In this document: positions 13,631 through 30,900 of the stretch, piece after piece
Layout: each line of letters begins with the position of its first letter
How positions within the stretch are numbered: the first letter of the stretch is position 1
Assembly: GCF_000143415.4 (NCBI RefSeq)
Contig: NW_003314277.1
Span: 135,183 to 199,182, forward strand
Reading direction: 5' to 3'
DNA: 64,000 nt
Origin: Selaginella moellendorffii
Taxonomy: Eukaryota; Plantae; Lycopodiophyta
Position numbers and translations under genes: made by a program
The notes under the pieces: model-generated
What the model was told of the DNA's origin: nothing
Database searches by the model: none
What the model saw: the letters and a program-made list of their open reading frames with translations, nothing else

Positions 13631-14225
13631 TTAACATCTCCATTAATAATGACATATTTTTTAAAAGTAGGGAATGATAATATTTTTACTTTCTATATTT
13701 TTTCACTTTACAAAAAAAATGGAAATAAAATGAAAAAACCAAGCTCAATATGAAAAGCAATCACTAGGCTATTACAATAATAGTTCGATCACATATAAGC
13801 AAAAGAAAATCTTTCCCCACTCCATTTAATACTAATGAATGTTCATTCTTTTCTTAACGATACTTTTTGAAATAAATGGGTAAGAATCAATGGATATTAA
13901 TTTTTTTTCCTTTATTGGATGCTCAAGTAATAATAGTATTTTATATGTTTATATTTATATTTATCTAAAATTTTAATTAGCTAGCTTAAACTTAGATCAA
14001 CACCATGCCACTGGTTATTCTCAGGATGATTACCACGAGGTCACCTTAATTTTGAGGAGCCACAAGCCGAGTAAATAGAAATGTCAAACTGTGTCTCAAA
14101 TGAAAGAGGGATTGGGTGACATAAGTCCTCACATCGTTCTCACGCAGCAATCTTTGTAAAGAAACACGATAGCTTCAATGTAGTGAAGTGAAAATCTAGA
14201 ACAGTTAAACTAGGAACCATTGAAT

Positions 14226-14985
14226 TTACATCATGTGAAACACTGGAGTCTTGGTGAAAAACTCGGTGATCACCAAGGCGAGGAAGCCAAGCATCGCGGT
14301 TCGCCCATTCCAGCGCTCCGCCATGGCTCTAAATGGCCCAAACGATCTGCTGTCCGGGCTCTCGCCCTTAAACATGGGCACCAGCGACGCGTACGCGAAT
14401 AGCTGTGCCACCGCCAGAAAATGGAAAAGACCAGTGCTCCCCGGCGAGTAGAGCTGCTCCGCCACCGTTTGTCCCGTCAGTCGCTCCACTGCGAATGCCC
14501 ACACCAATCCTACCATTGCCTGTTTGACAAGTTCACGTTAGTTACTTGGTTGATCTAGAAAAAAACGCGAAGAAAAATCACCAATCGCTTACCAGTCTTC
14601 CGTTGATCGTTTCCGGGCCGGCTCCATCGAACGCCATCAAGCTGGGGAACGATCGATCGCCAGTCTCTGGTCGCCTCTCGACCTCTGGCCTGGGATAGAA
14701 GGATCCGGACGATGGGACGGCTCCAAACACGGAGCGCTTCTCCGACTCGTTCTCGGCCTGGTTCTTGAGCACCTCCTCGCGGGTTATCTCCTTCTTGGTG
14801 CCGTCGAGAACGCCACTGATGCCGCCATCGCCACCATCCCTTGATTTGTTCGAGGACGCTCTTACTACTACTAGATTTCTTGTCCCGATGGAGCTTGTGG
14901 GAGATTGCGATTGGACATGGAGCTTGTTGGAGATGAGCGAGGAAGAAGAGAGAGCTGCGATACCGCTGCCTGTGACGAGTGCCAT
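14226..14985 (-). CDS. ELIP: Early light-induced protein (ELIP), 2 exons (14593-14985, 14226-14519), about 228 aa
   Basis: Ser-rich transit peptide; LHC-family helices AFDGAGPETINGRL|AMVG and AERWNGRTAMLG; GT-AG intron 14520-14592. Confidence 0.93.
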
Positions 14986-15099
14986 TGTTTTGAGCTGGGA
15001 GCTAGCTAGCAAAAAATTCAACTGTGCAATGAATTTACAATGAGCTCCTTTCTTTAAGCTTTTTTTCCAATTCTAGAATATTCTTTCTAAAGGGCACAC

Positions 15100-15135
15100 A
15101 GATATTTATACGGTATGGGGACCGTACGTGGCAAA
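15100..15135 (-). promoter_or_regulatory. TATA box and ABRE/G-box-like motif upstream of ELIP copy 1
   Basis: Minus-strand TATAAATA near 15102-15109 and ACGTGGC at about 15126-15132. The equivalent GCCACGT is conserved upstream of ELIP copy 2. Confidence 0.55.
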
Positions 15136-17580
15136 ATTTAGATCCTGGCTCGTGTCCAGTATGTGTGGCACATCTTGTGCGGTGAAAATGGCCGAAGGTG
15201 AAACTTCTCTAGAGAATGCAAGGTGTGATACTTTGGGACTTTCGTTTTGTTTTGCAATCGAATTCGTACACGGGGATGCTCTCTTGTCTCCACAATAAGC
15301 GTGTTAATGTAATGCCGTTATGAGAGGCCGTCTGACGCATCAAACACGACTATCTCCCCTGTATCACGAGAAAGAAAAAAAGATGAGTTAAACAAGGTTA
15401 AAAAAAGATTTCGTGATCCACTTGAGAGCTAGTTATTTAGTGTGGATTTGGCTAAAAATACACATTTCAAAGGGATTCTCAGTATTGTTGTAATCACACA
15501 TTCAAGTTCTACTACCATCTAGAGGAATTCCCTCTTTCTGATGATGTTATATATGCTCTAACTTCTCAAGATCAACCTTCTAAGTTACCTTCATTCAACA
15601 AGGATGCACTCAATTTGCTTGTGTTTGGAAAGACTAACTAGGATCACTGCAAAGACAAAGAAAACAAATGCACTTTCTAGTCCTCGTTCCTTATTTTGTG
15701 ATGTAAAATGTTGGGAAAAAGTCCAATAATGGCAAGCTAACTCATTCTTGCAAACAATCACAAAAACTTTTGCTAATGAGTGCAAGTATAGAGCTGATTT
15801 GTTGGGAGTTGAGTAAACTTGATGTTAGGTGTTAAGCATCTTTACATGCACTTGGATTCTTTGCTTCTTTGCAAGCAACTAATTGGGAAGCTCCAGCTTC
15901 AACATCTTGGATTGCAAGTTTTTCATAAGAAACTACCATCACCTCTTGGCTCAATTGTCATCATGGAATTCCTTACACATAAAATGGTGTCAATGATATG
16001 CCAATGAAGCAAGGGTTGTAGAAGACTAAGAGAATCCATCCCACGGATTGCAACACAATAATGAACTTGATCAAATTGAAGATGCAAGTCTTTGTTGGCT
16101 GAATTGGCAACAATTCTTTTGGATTTGCCTATTAAATGCAGTGAGCAAAAACTATTGTTTGCCGGGGAGGAGTTGACAATGAGGGGAAAGCACTAAAAGA
16201 TTTCCTTGGTGAGTTCATAGATGTTTTTGCATGAGACTACTTGGAGCTGAAAGGTATTTCATCAGACATTATTATCCACAATTGAAGCAAGCTCAAAGTC
16301 AACTCAATGAGCCATTGGTCAAAAAAAAAGTTCACAAGTTGATGAGGAAGGCACATGTATTCCTTTTCCCCCTTAAGGAATGCTTGGTGATCTACAAAAT
16401 CAAACTTCTCTCTCGATTTTTTTTTGTCTCTTCTCTCTCTTTTTTTGTTCCTGGCATTCATGGAAGCTGATAAAGGATTGCAACACAGACATTTTCTAGA
16501 ACACCAATGTAAAAATGCCAATTGAATGTTTTCTGTCAATTGTTCTGAGTACAAAAGGATTGTATGTAACACAGTGATTGGTACAAGACAGGAGGAGATA
16601 TTTGCTATGGAAGAGGGGCTTGAGCAAGCCACATGAGATTTCTTTTAAAATCTGAGCCTAAGCTTTGTCAACAGGGACAACATCACTTTTCTGGTATATC
16701 CAAAAAGTGATTTTTATCACTGTTGATTGGATTAGATTTGTTTATTGAATGACAGCTTCAACCAGTTTGACAGATTCAACTTGGTACTACAAGCTATCAA
16801 GTATTTTTCAAAGTCATAGCCTGTTTATTCAAGATATATAGACATCTTTGGAGTCACCACAGCACCTGTTTAGGCACAGGACCATATTATAAAGCTTCCT
16901 GATGTTTTCTAAGCTAAGTGATAAGTTTACCTGGCACCATCACAGCACGACCATGGCTGATAATTAATTGCAGCTCACTAGGAGCTTGGTGGAGAGTAGT
17001 TGCAAGCTGTTTTGCCAAGGTGTTGTTGTGGAAGTAGTGCTGCAGAGATGACATGATGGTGCGATCCAATAAGGATGGTGTGCCAAGAGATGGCAAGAGA
17101 TGGTGAGATGCTTGAACTTACATAGCTTCAAGCACCAGGTGGTTTTACAATTTAACTGCCTGCAGCTTCTTTGAGCTTGTACACAGGAAGAGCTATAGGA
17201 TCAGTCATTGTCTTAAAGCTAGAAGGCAATGGAGGAACTTAATTGACTGTTGAACGGGCTACGACCAGGTTCTCCATGTTGAGCAGGCGGGAGTTATGCG
17301 TTCTTGACAATCTACATCCGAGAAGGAAAGAAAAAGCAGAAAACTAAAGATTGACTGGCAAAGGGAGAAAAAGAAACCCAACCGCCTCGACAATGAAAGT
17401 TCTCCGGTGTCATCGCATAAACGAGGTCGTTAGTAGTACTTATGAAAGACTTGCCTTACCATAGCTGGCAGCCAGTACATTGAGTGGTCCCACAAGCAGT
17501 CACACATTCAAGATTCATAAACAGAAGATGAGGTGATTTCAACTATAAAAACCATTATCAATCCAACACTCACCCACACC

Positions 17581-18549
17581 ATGGCTAATCTTACTGTTCT
17601 CATCCTTTTCTCTGTCTTTGCCATCTTTTTTGTGTGCGCTGCAGGACTCACTCACTCAAACGAATGGTTCAATGGCAAAGATTCAGTTCCATTCGCACTC
17701 GAAAACTTCATCGCTTCTCCAGTTTCGCTGGATCTTGGTAGCAGCGGCTTCTGCAGTGCTGCTGGCATTCGGTGCAACGACACTGGCCTTTCACCCTGTT
17801 CCAACAAGCCTTACCGCCGAAGACTCCTCGATGCGGAGCTCGATGGCGCCCTGGTCTGCGACCCTGTTCGATCGATTCAGGTTGTCAACACTCGCCGCTT
17901 CTTCCATCTCAGTGAATTCACCCCGGGGTCTCTTTTCACGTTCCCAGCCTTCTACAATGCCCCAGCCACGCGATTCCTCGCTCATCCCCTCGCCGCGAAG
18001 ATCTCATTGGACCCGCAGGAGCTTCCGGTCACCATGGCCACTCTCCATATTGTCAACGCCCCCGTCATGAAGCTCTTCATGGTGTCGACGCTCTCTGCGT
18101 GCGCGCATGCTCCATCTTCCATCGAGACCAAGAGATGCACGCCGAGCTTGAGAGAGCTCTCTAGCTTCGTTTCGGTAGCCCTGAACACCACGTCCCCGGT
18201 GGTTCGCGGCTCCAAAGGCACTTCCCACATGGATCAGCTGCTAGCCAACAAGCAAGTGCAAGTTCGCAAGCTGGCAGAAATCGTCCCGGTTTCAAAGCCT
18301 CACGTCGCGTGTCACAGGATGGCGTATCCTTTCATGCTGCACTACTGCCACATGGTACAAGGTACCCACGTTTTCTCTGTTACGGTTGCCGCCCACCATG
18401 ATGATGAAGTCGAATACTTGCTGGAGTGTCACACCATCACGAAGTACATGAAGCTCGGCAATGCGATCCTCAACCAGCTGAGTCTCAAGCCAGGAGAAGG
18501 CGAGTTCTGCCACCTTGTTGAATCGTCCGCTCTCATCTTCACAAACTAA
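17581..18549 (+). CDS. BURP-domain protein, secreted, intronless
   Basis: Signal peptide (MANLTVLILFSVFAIFFVCAAG), FF start of the BURP domain, ETKRC, and four CH dipeptides (VACH, HYCH, LECH, EFCH). Confidence 0.9.
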   Translation: MANLTVLILFSVFAIFFVCAAGLTHSNEWFNGKDSVPFALENFIASPVSLDLGSSGFCSAAGIRCNDTGLSPCSNKPYRRRLLDAELDGALVCDPVRSIQVVNTRRFFHLSEFTPGSLFTFPAFYNAPATRFLAHPLAAKISLDPQELPVTMATLHIVNAPVMKLFMVSTLSACAHAPSSIETKRCTPSLRELSSFVSVALNTTSPVVRGSKGTSHMDQLLANKQVQVRKLAEIVPVSKPHVACHRMAYPFMLHYCHMVQGTHVFSVTVAAHHDDEVEYLLECHTITKYMKLGNAILNQLSLKPGEGEFCHLVESSALIFTN

Positions 18550-18727
18550 AAGTGACCAAGTGTTCTCTTGCTACCACTCTCATCAAACTGTGTTCTCTAT
18601 ATACGCTCTTGGCAATATATGCTGTAATGTTACATAGACACTAGGTCTCCATTTTTGTCCTATGAGGGCGAGGGGCAACACTCTTTGTGCGTGGAAAGGT
18701 TGGTTTTAAAAACTAGCAGCGCTAGCC

Positions 18728-22927
<4,200 letters not shown>

Positions 22928-23199
22928 GGGCATTACATTAACGCGATTAATCTAGCTTATTGTTTCAGACAAAAGACATAATCGTGTACGAATTCGATTG
23001 CAAAATAAAACGAAAGTTGCAGAGTATCACACCTGGCATTCTCTTACCTTCGGCCATTTTCAGCACAAGATAAGCGATACAGTGGACACGAGCCGATGAT
23101 CCTCGCACCGTATAAATATCTGTCTGTCATTTGCCATAGTCATCTCAAACGTAGAAACACAGTAGCTCATTGTAAATTCACTGCACAGATGATTTTTTG

Positions 23200-23670
23200 C
23201 TAGGCAGCTCTCTCTTCTTCCTCAACAAGCTCCACCTCTTCGCAATCGCCCACGAGCTCCATCAGTTTGCGAAATCTAGCAGTACTGAGAGCGCCCTCGG
23301 ATGGTGGCGATGGCGGCATCATCGGCGTTCTCGACAGCACCAAGAAGGAGATCACCCGCGAGGAGGAGCTCAAGAACCAGGCCAAGAACGAGTCGGAGAA
23401 GCACTCCGTGTTTGGAGCTGTGCCATCGTCCGGATCGCCCAATGCAAGGCCAGAGGTCGATCGAGAGGCGACCAGAGACTGGCGATGGATCAGATTGATG
23501 GCGTTCGATGGAGAAACGATCAACGGAAGACTGATAAGCGATTGTTGATTGTTCTTCTCGTGGATCAAGCAAGTAACGAACGTGAACTTGACAAACAGCC
23601 AATGATTGGGTTGGTGCGGAGCGCTGGAACGGGCGAACAGCAATGCTTGGCTTCCTCGCCTCGAGTTTTT
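23200..23670 (+). pseudogene. ELIP pseudogene
   Basis: Homologous to the two ELIPs (KKEITREEELKNQAKNESEKHSVFGAVP, AFDG-ETINGRL). The ATG region is deleted, the intron donor is mutated (ataagc) and most of exon 2 is deleted. Confidence 0.88.
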
Positions 23671-24175
23671 CAATCAATTTTGCTCAAAACGTAATTGAAC
23701 AACTTCATAATCACATAGTACGATACAGATAGCCCATCAAACCGTAGGACATACCCCAATCTTATTTCCTGGTCCACCATTTGCCGCCGCTTATGCCCAT
23801 CCTGATTACGCCCGGGAGCTGCATACAATCTTGTGGACTGCGATTCTATAGAGAGTATCTTTGATCTAAAGATCTCCAAGGAATATTGATTTAATAAAAA
23901 ACATTAGATCCGTAATTCCACCCAAGAAATCGCTGTTGAAACAAAGCAAGTACTCATGAAACCAATTATTACATATTGCTCCTAGAATAAAGTTCTTAAC
24001 CTTTTTGAAATAAAAAAAAGCGTTTAAGACTTCGAGTGGAGTTCGCAGGCTAGCAGCAGCAGCAAGCACACTGACGCCGTCCTCGTCGCCATCGCCCCCG
24101 GCCATGGTGCTAAAGCACACATTCTAAAATCCCTAGATCCAACAAACAGGGGGCTGTGGAGCTTTGGTGAGAACC

Positions 24176-24856
24176 ATGTGGATGTCGAGCTACATTGCGG
24201 AGAGCAGCCGGGATGTTGCCAAGGACATGGCCAAGGACTCCCTCCGAGCTTCAGCAGCGGCGATTCTCACGCCGGACACTGTCTTCCAGGGCAAGATCCG
24301 CAACCTGGTGAAGTCGGACCGCAGCAAATACAGCAAGATCAGGCGGTCCTCGCGCTCCTTCCTCCACAGGATCCTCTACTGCCAGTCAGGGATCTCGAAT
24401 GAGATCTCCTCTTCCTCTTCCAGCAGCAGCAGCAGCAGCAGCGGCGGCCGAGGGATCAACCCCAAGTCCATCATCAACCACGAATTTCTTGTCATCGTGA
24501 TGAAGATCCGGGGGAAGCGGCACATCTTCCTGGCTGAGAAGTGCGGATCCGGAGCGAACTGCGGCATCAACATCAGGGCCGTCAAGGACGAGCCGGAGGA
24601 GATGGGGGCTTTGGAGGAGGCGCAGGTGTCGGCATTCGACTGCGAGGACACTCCCATGAATCTGGAGGAGGTGCTCGCCATTCTCGAGGACCACGACCCC
24701 AACTACGCCGCCCAGGAGAACAACTGCTGGAAGTACGCAGTGCAGTCGACGCAGGGGCTCCTCATGGCGTGCCAGGCGGTGACCGGAAAGGCGCACTTCG
24801 GGGAGCAGGCCAAGCTGGTGGGAGCAAAGGTGACGGTGACCACGTCCGAGAAATGA
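24176..24856 (+). CDS. Intronless hypothetical protein with permuted papain-like (PPPDE/LRAT-type) motif order
   Basis: GC-rich 226-codon ORF with a poly-Ser tract. NHEFLV is followed about 75 aa later by YAAQENNCWKYA. Confidence 0.65.
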   Translation: MWMSSYIAESSRDVAKDMAKDSLRASAAAILTPDTVFQGKIRNLVKSDRSKYSKIRRSSRSFLHRILYCQSGISNEISSSSSSSSSSSSGGRGINPKSIINHEFLVIVMKIRGKRHIFLAEKCGSGANCGINIRAVKDEPEEMGALEEAQVSAFDCEDTPMNLEEVLAILEDHDPNYAAQENNCWKYAVQSTQGLLMACQAVTGKAHFGEQAKLVGAKVTVTTSEK

Positions 24857-25089
24857 CTGCTAGAGGTCTCCAAATCCTGTTAAATGTGCTCAGTAGATGA
24901 CTCAGATCCACCCCAACTCCCTCTTTTCATTCTCCCTTTGATCGAATTCTGCAAAAGCTTCGCAAATTCCCAAATCCCTGCTCCTATTCNNNNNNNNNNN
25001 NNNNNNNNNNNNNNNNNNNNNNNNNNNNNNNNNNNNNNNNNNNNNNNNNNNNNNNNNNNNNNNNNNNNNNNNNNNNNNNNNNNNNNNNN

Positions 25090-26213
25090 AGTTCCATGCA
25101 GCCTCTGAAGAGATGCCCGGGGACCTTCGTTCTTCCAAATAAGCCTGAAAGCATCGATGGCGCCACGGTACTTCACAGCTTCGCCCGAAGTCATCATCAT
25201 CCTGCGCCGCACGGTATCGAACGGATAGACAGTGAGACTGGAGAAAGTTGTCACTACCCATCCAACAGCGAAACTAGCAGCAAAGCTTCCCTGTGTCAAA
25301 ACTTCGGAGGTTTAGAAGTAAAGCTCGAGAGAAAGATAATCGTACCTGGAGTGATCCCACCAGAACAAACGGCTTCACCGAATCATAGATGCCGAAGTAG
25401 AGGCTGCGGTATAGAACGATGCCAACTATGGAAGCGCTGAAGCCTCTGTACAAACCAAAAACACCATCGGTTGCCAGAGTTTTCTTGTATACATCGGTAA
25501 GACCTTGGTACTGGCGAGCACCGGTCTTCTCCAATTGTATGGTGTCGTTTGCGAGCCTGGTACGTGCAAAATCGAGCGAGTAGACAAGCATGGAGGATAT
25601 CACACCAGCTGCTCCTCCAGCCGCCATGTTTCCAATTATCCATTTGCAGTGGCCATCGCGTTCTCTGCTCAGGCCGAAGAGATCCTTGATGTAATCCTTG
25701 AAAGCAAAGTTGAAAGCCTGCGAGGTTCACGTGAGAGGGAAGAAGTCTTGTGCAAGACAATCCATTAAGAAACAAGAAAGTTTTGCATACCTGTGTTGGA
25801 AGGTAGCGTATGACATTGGTGAGGTTTCCTCTCCACAAGGCCAACACGCCTTCTTCTCTAACAACGCGGTGCAAGCAGTCTCCCACTCCTTTGTATGGTT
25901 GAGTAAGGCGGCCTGAAGGAATCCAAAAGAGAAACAAAAACTTAGCGACGAGGAACAGAACTGCGAAAGAAAAAGCCTCACCGCTCTTGAGAAGCTCGCT
26001 TTGGTTCTGGATCAACAGCTTCACTCGCTCGAGAGGCGCGGCGGCACTCTTGGACACTGCAGCAGCAACACCACCTGAGATAAAATCGAGAGCAAAGAAG
26101 TGACGCTGCCGCTCGATAGCCGAGCACACTACGAGCGGAGGGCGACGATCAACTGTAGAAGAAAATCCCTGCTTCCTTCCCTCGTTGCGGGAACTCTGGC
26201 GCATTTCCACCAT
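25090..26213 (-). CDS. ADP/ATP carrier, ER-ANT1-like (3' end runs into the N gap)
   Basis: [33 protein letters not shown]|AFNFAFKD, and [12 protein letters not shown] (ADP/ATP carrier RRRMMM signature). SIVGIVLYR and KPFVLVGSL resemble ER-ANT1 from memory. Confidence 0.88.
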
Positions 26214-26419
26214 TCCCTGCTTCTTCTGGTCATGGTGCCATGACCGCAAACCCTAAGCTGGAGCCACAGAAAAAGAAGATGACGTCGTGACTCACTGGAC
26301 CACTGCTGGAGCTTAAAAATTCGTTACATTGAGAGAAAAGAATTTGACAAATCCGTACCCCAGGAGCAATTTTTCCACAAAAACCATTCAAGCCGAGGAG
26401 TTGCTTTGCTTGTTGCTCC

Positions 26420-27572
26420 TCAAGTGCAACACGTTGACTTGGCCTTGTCACTGCCCTGATCCTTTGACGGGTCTAGTACTATATTGTTGATCCGGGGAGG
26501 CTGCAGAAAAAGATTTCACGTTACACTAGATCTGTGATGCAAAAAGCAGCTCCGCACCTCTGGTCTGGAGTCTGTTTCTGCCAGTCTCCGCTTGATGTCT
26601 CCCGCAATTGTGAAGAAGACCTTCTCCACGTTTAAGTTCGTCTTTGCACTCTGCAGCATTTAAACAGTCAGTACCGCAAGTCCGTGAAACAGAAGAGGTT
26701 TCAGCGAAAGGACTGCAAGTCAGAGATACCCACGGTTTCAAAGAACTTGATACCAAACTCGTTCGCAAGTGCTTGCCCTCTCTCTGTTGATACAGCCTGG
26801 GATATAATTCGGAAGAGTCAGAGACGCATGGGAAAATGAGATCCAGAGTTTCTTACCCTCTTGCTTTCGTCCATGTCGGCCTTGTTACCGACCAGGATCT
26901 TGTTCACATTGTCTGAAGCATGCTGCTCGATATTTCTGATCCAATTTCGGATGTCTTTACCGGAGCTGGATCAAGGACAACCAAAAAAAAAAAAAAAAAA
27001 AAAAAACAAAACAAAAAGAGAAAACAAAACCGCGCAAAGGATACTGTTAAACGAAGACTCGTCAGTAACATCATAGACAAGAAGAATGCCCATAGCTCCG
27101 CGGTAGTATGCTGCATAGGCAAGAATGGAATTTAGCTAGAAAGTATATGGAACTAGAGCAAAGCAAAACAAACCAGTTGTTATAGTCCGGAAGCGCTCTT
27201 GCCCAGCGGTGTCCCATATTTGGAGCTTGATCCTCTTGCCATCAAGATCCACAGTCCTGATTTTAAAGTCAATGCTGCGAAGAAATGGTCAGCCAGGCTG
27301 CGCATTTACAATGTGACATATACCCTATCGTTGTGATGAAGCTCGTTGTGAAGGAATCATCCGAGAAGCGGAGCAAAAGGCAGCTCTTCCCCACACCTGC
27401 TACGCGAGAAGCACGTAAATCAACCGAGGAGAAATATTTCGAGCGGATCATAAGGAGATCTCGCTCCACCAGGAAATGCGCTGCGAGATTTTCGCTTACC
27501 GCTGTCGCCGATGAGCAGCAATTTGATGAGGTAGTCGTAATCTGCGCGAGCTCTCCCCGCTCCCGACGCCAT
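26420..27572 (-). CDS. RABE1: Rab GTPase, RabE1 (Rab8/ARA3-like), 8 exons
   Basis: [15 protein letters not shown]|VGKS, FITTIG|[25 protein letters not shown]|SAK, and a C-terminal CCT-stop prenylation motif. Confidence 0.93.
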
Positions 27573-27909
27573 TGCGACTGTGATCCAAGCTCGCGATTCG
27601 CGGCGAAGGAAGATCGAGAGAGAGCGCCCTTTGAGTAGGGTTTTGGAAAATGACCGAAAGCGCAACCCCGTTTGTGTTGGTCTCTCGTGCAACGCTGTCA
27701 ATCCAACGCTCCAGAAACCATCCACGTGGACGGCCCGGCGAGGTCGTAAAAATGGCACAAAATAGCATCTTAGCCGTACTTTATCTCGTTCTCTTTAGGT
27801 CAGCCAAGATACTCCATGCCCTAATGGCCACTCATTCGTTAGCCGGGCAAAGCTAGGGCAAGAAGCGCCAAGGTAGGACAGTAGATGGGAAGAATTCTAG
27901 TGTAGAGGC
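27573..27909. promoter_or_regulatory. Probable bidirectional promoter between RabE1 and the NERD-like gene
   Basis: Divergent ATGs about 340 bp apart, a palindromic TCCACGTGGA G-box at 27721-27730, and a telo-box-like TAGGGTTT at about 27636. Confidence 0.55.
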
Positions 27910-30900
27910 ATGGACGACGAGCAGGAGCAGGAGCAGCGATTAGAGCTAGAGGTAGCGGCAGCGGTGGATGGAAGCAAAGATGGGAATGGAGTGGCCGAAA
28001 TGGAGCGAGACGAAAATCTTGGAGCTGTGGAGCAAGCTGGGGAGGAAAAAATCGTCTCGGGAGAACAGGTCAAGGAGGAATTAAGTGGCAAATTAGAGGA
28101 ATCGCCAGCGGCGGCTGATGGAATGGAAGTTTCAGAGCAGGACGAAGCTCCTGCCAAGGATGGAGCGGCTACTTTCGGTGAGAATTGTGAGGAGAAGACG
28201 GAATTACAGCGAGAGATGGAGCTTTTCGAAGCGGCCGAGAAAGAGGATGAAGCCAACATTCTCTCGAAAGCGAACGAGAAGAAGAGGGCTCAGGAGCAGC
28301 CTGCTCAAGAAAGTCGTAAGAAGCGGGGAAGGAAGGCTTCCGTGAAAGCGTCATTTAGGAAAGAAGAGGATGACGTTTGTTTTGTGTGTTTCGACGGTGG
28401 GGATCTAATTCTGTGCGATCAAAGGTGACTATTTTTTTGGTTTGGTAGGACACTTCGACTAAGTTTGTTTTTACAGGACATGCCCAAAGGCGTACCATCT
28501 TGGCTGTATCGGAAGGGACCAAGAGTTTTTCAGGAAGAAAGGAAACTGGCACTGCGGTTTGTGTTTTAGCATGCTTGACTTTATGTAACCTCTTCCTTGT
28601 GTAGGCTGGCATTTTTGCGATGGAGAAAACTGTTCGAAGAAAGCAAGCTTTCGGTGCTATACTTGTCCAAAAGCTTACTGCGCTGGATGCAGGAGTCGAC
28701 ACAGTTTTAGTTTATTTGACAAGAAGAAAGGCTTGTGCGAGGAGTGCGTGAACTACGTTAAAATGATTGAGCTCAATGAAACCGTAAACGCTGAAGGGGT
28801 AAGTTCACAACAATTAATAGTTCTAGCAAACGTCTAACTCGATGTGTTCTTTCAGAACACGGTCGATTTTAATGACCGCGACACATACGAATGTCTGTTC
28901 AAAGAATACTGGGAGGATTTGAAGGCGAAAGAGACGATCGTTTTGCCAGAATTTGACAAGGACGGAAAGTTCGTGAATGCTACACCTGCAGCAGATAGTG
29001 ACGGGCGGTCGGACGACGAGGCTTCAAGTTCCGAGTCAGAAACGTCTGCAGCTGTGGTGATGGCCGACGACGAAGATGTTCCTTTTGGTACTGGGATAAG
29101 GAAAGAAAGGAAGACGAAGATCCTGAATGCTCTCTCTGACGAGTTCAAGTGCACTGTAAATCAGGAGCAGAAGGAGCAACCTCTTACCGAGGATGTCGAT
29201 GAGAAAGGAGAAGACGAAGAGGAAGAAGAAGAGCAGGACGAGGAAGAGGAAGAGGAAGGAGAGGCTTACAAGCCTACGGTATTTGATGGCTGGGCGTCAA
29301 AGGAGATGATCAGTTTTATCAAGTTTATGAAGGAAGATCCAAAGACACCAATGAAGAGGCCCGCAGTTAACAAGCTTTTATGGGATCACATTAAGGCCAA
29401 CAAGCTCCAGAATCCGCGGAAGAAAACCATCATAAGATGCGACGAACAACTCCGGTCTCTCTTCGGCAAGAAGGCCGTGACTCAGCGCAGTTTGATGAAA
29501 TACCTCCACAACCATTTTCCGAGCAAAGCTTCAAAGACGGAACAAGCCGAAAGCCAAGTCGATGACGAGAAGGGAAAGAAAAACAAGCGAAGCCTCAAGG
29601 GAGACGAGTATGCGGCGATAAACCAGAGCAACATTAGTCATGTATATCTAAGAAGGGCTCTACTGGAGGACATGCTTGGCGATCCTAACTTTGAGCAGAA
29701 GGTGGTGGGCACGTTCGTAAGGATAAGGGTTCCAGGCAAAAATGATATGTGCTACCGTCTTGTTCAAATAGTTGGTAAGTAGTTTTTATTATATGCGTGG
29801 CTCGCTAACGATGTCGTATGGTTGCAGGTACCAGATTACAAGCTGAGGAGTACAAAGCGGGCAAAAAAAGTACGAAGATCGTTTTACTAATCACGAACCT
29901 ACAAAAGAAGGAGGACCTGACAATTGACTTAGTATCAAATCAGGATTTCACCGAGGTATGCGTGTTGACCATTACAAAATGCCGGATGCGTTACAGTAAT
30001 TACTGCAGGAGGAGTGCGCGCGTTTGCGGCAGAGCATCAAATGGGGGTTCATCCCGGCTCCAACTGTGGTATGCATTTTGCTGTGAGATTTTGCGTGTTC
30101 ATCTGGATCTAATTAAATCCATGACAGGGAGACTTTGAACGTAAAGCGCTGTCTATTCGAGAAGCGAAGCTTAATGATGTAAATGAAAATGAGCGCTTTC
30201 GCTTTGTTAATCTTTTATCTCTGTTGTTGCAGTGGTTCGAGACAGAAACCTCAAGGTTAACCGCGCTCAGGGATCGTGCCAATGAGAAGGGTCGAAAGAA
30301 AGAATATCCTTTTTGTTTTGTTGTCGAAATTGTTGCCAGCCCAGTGTAAGTTTCCTTAACTCCGTTGTACATTGAGGGAATGCGTGGAGAAGCTTCAAAG
30401 GATTTCGAATCAAGACTATCGCTTGAAGGAGTTGAGCAAGGTCCCAGCGTTTGAAGCGGACGCTACTATGGACCCCGAGCACGAGGAGCCAAGCGACGAA
30501 CCAAACCCAACTGAGCAGCCAGGTAAGTCGATGTCTGTTCGCTGGTACAGTGACAGCTCACTTTTTTTCTTGCAGCTGAAGTAGCCAGCACTGCCGAGAA
30601 GAGCCGAAGTATTAGAGAAGAGCATCAGCCTAACAAATGGGACAGGAGAAACGATCCGCCAGCTTTCACAAAGCAAGACAGTTTCAACAAGAGAGACGGT
30701 TTTGAGAGAGGATGGGACAGGGATCACGATTGGAGAAACGAGGGAAGATCAAACGGGAAGTTTGGTGGACATAAGAGCGCAGAACAGAAGGAGCCGGTTT
30801 ACGGAGGAGGGTCTTTACCACTCTCACGGCCTCCACCACCGCCACCTCGGCCTCCACATCTTTCAACGCCTCCAGCTAACATGAACGCGCCGCCGCCACC

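Noticed and set aside
15420-17300. Possible degenerate gene or transposase
   Set aside because: Short stop-riddled frames with no motif I can recognise.
25090-25125. Frameshift at the 3' end of the ADP/ATP carrier
   Set aside because: It lies immediately beside an N gap, so low sequence quality is as likely as a real lesion.
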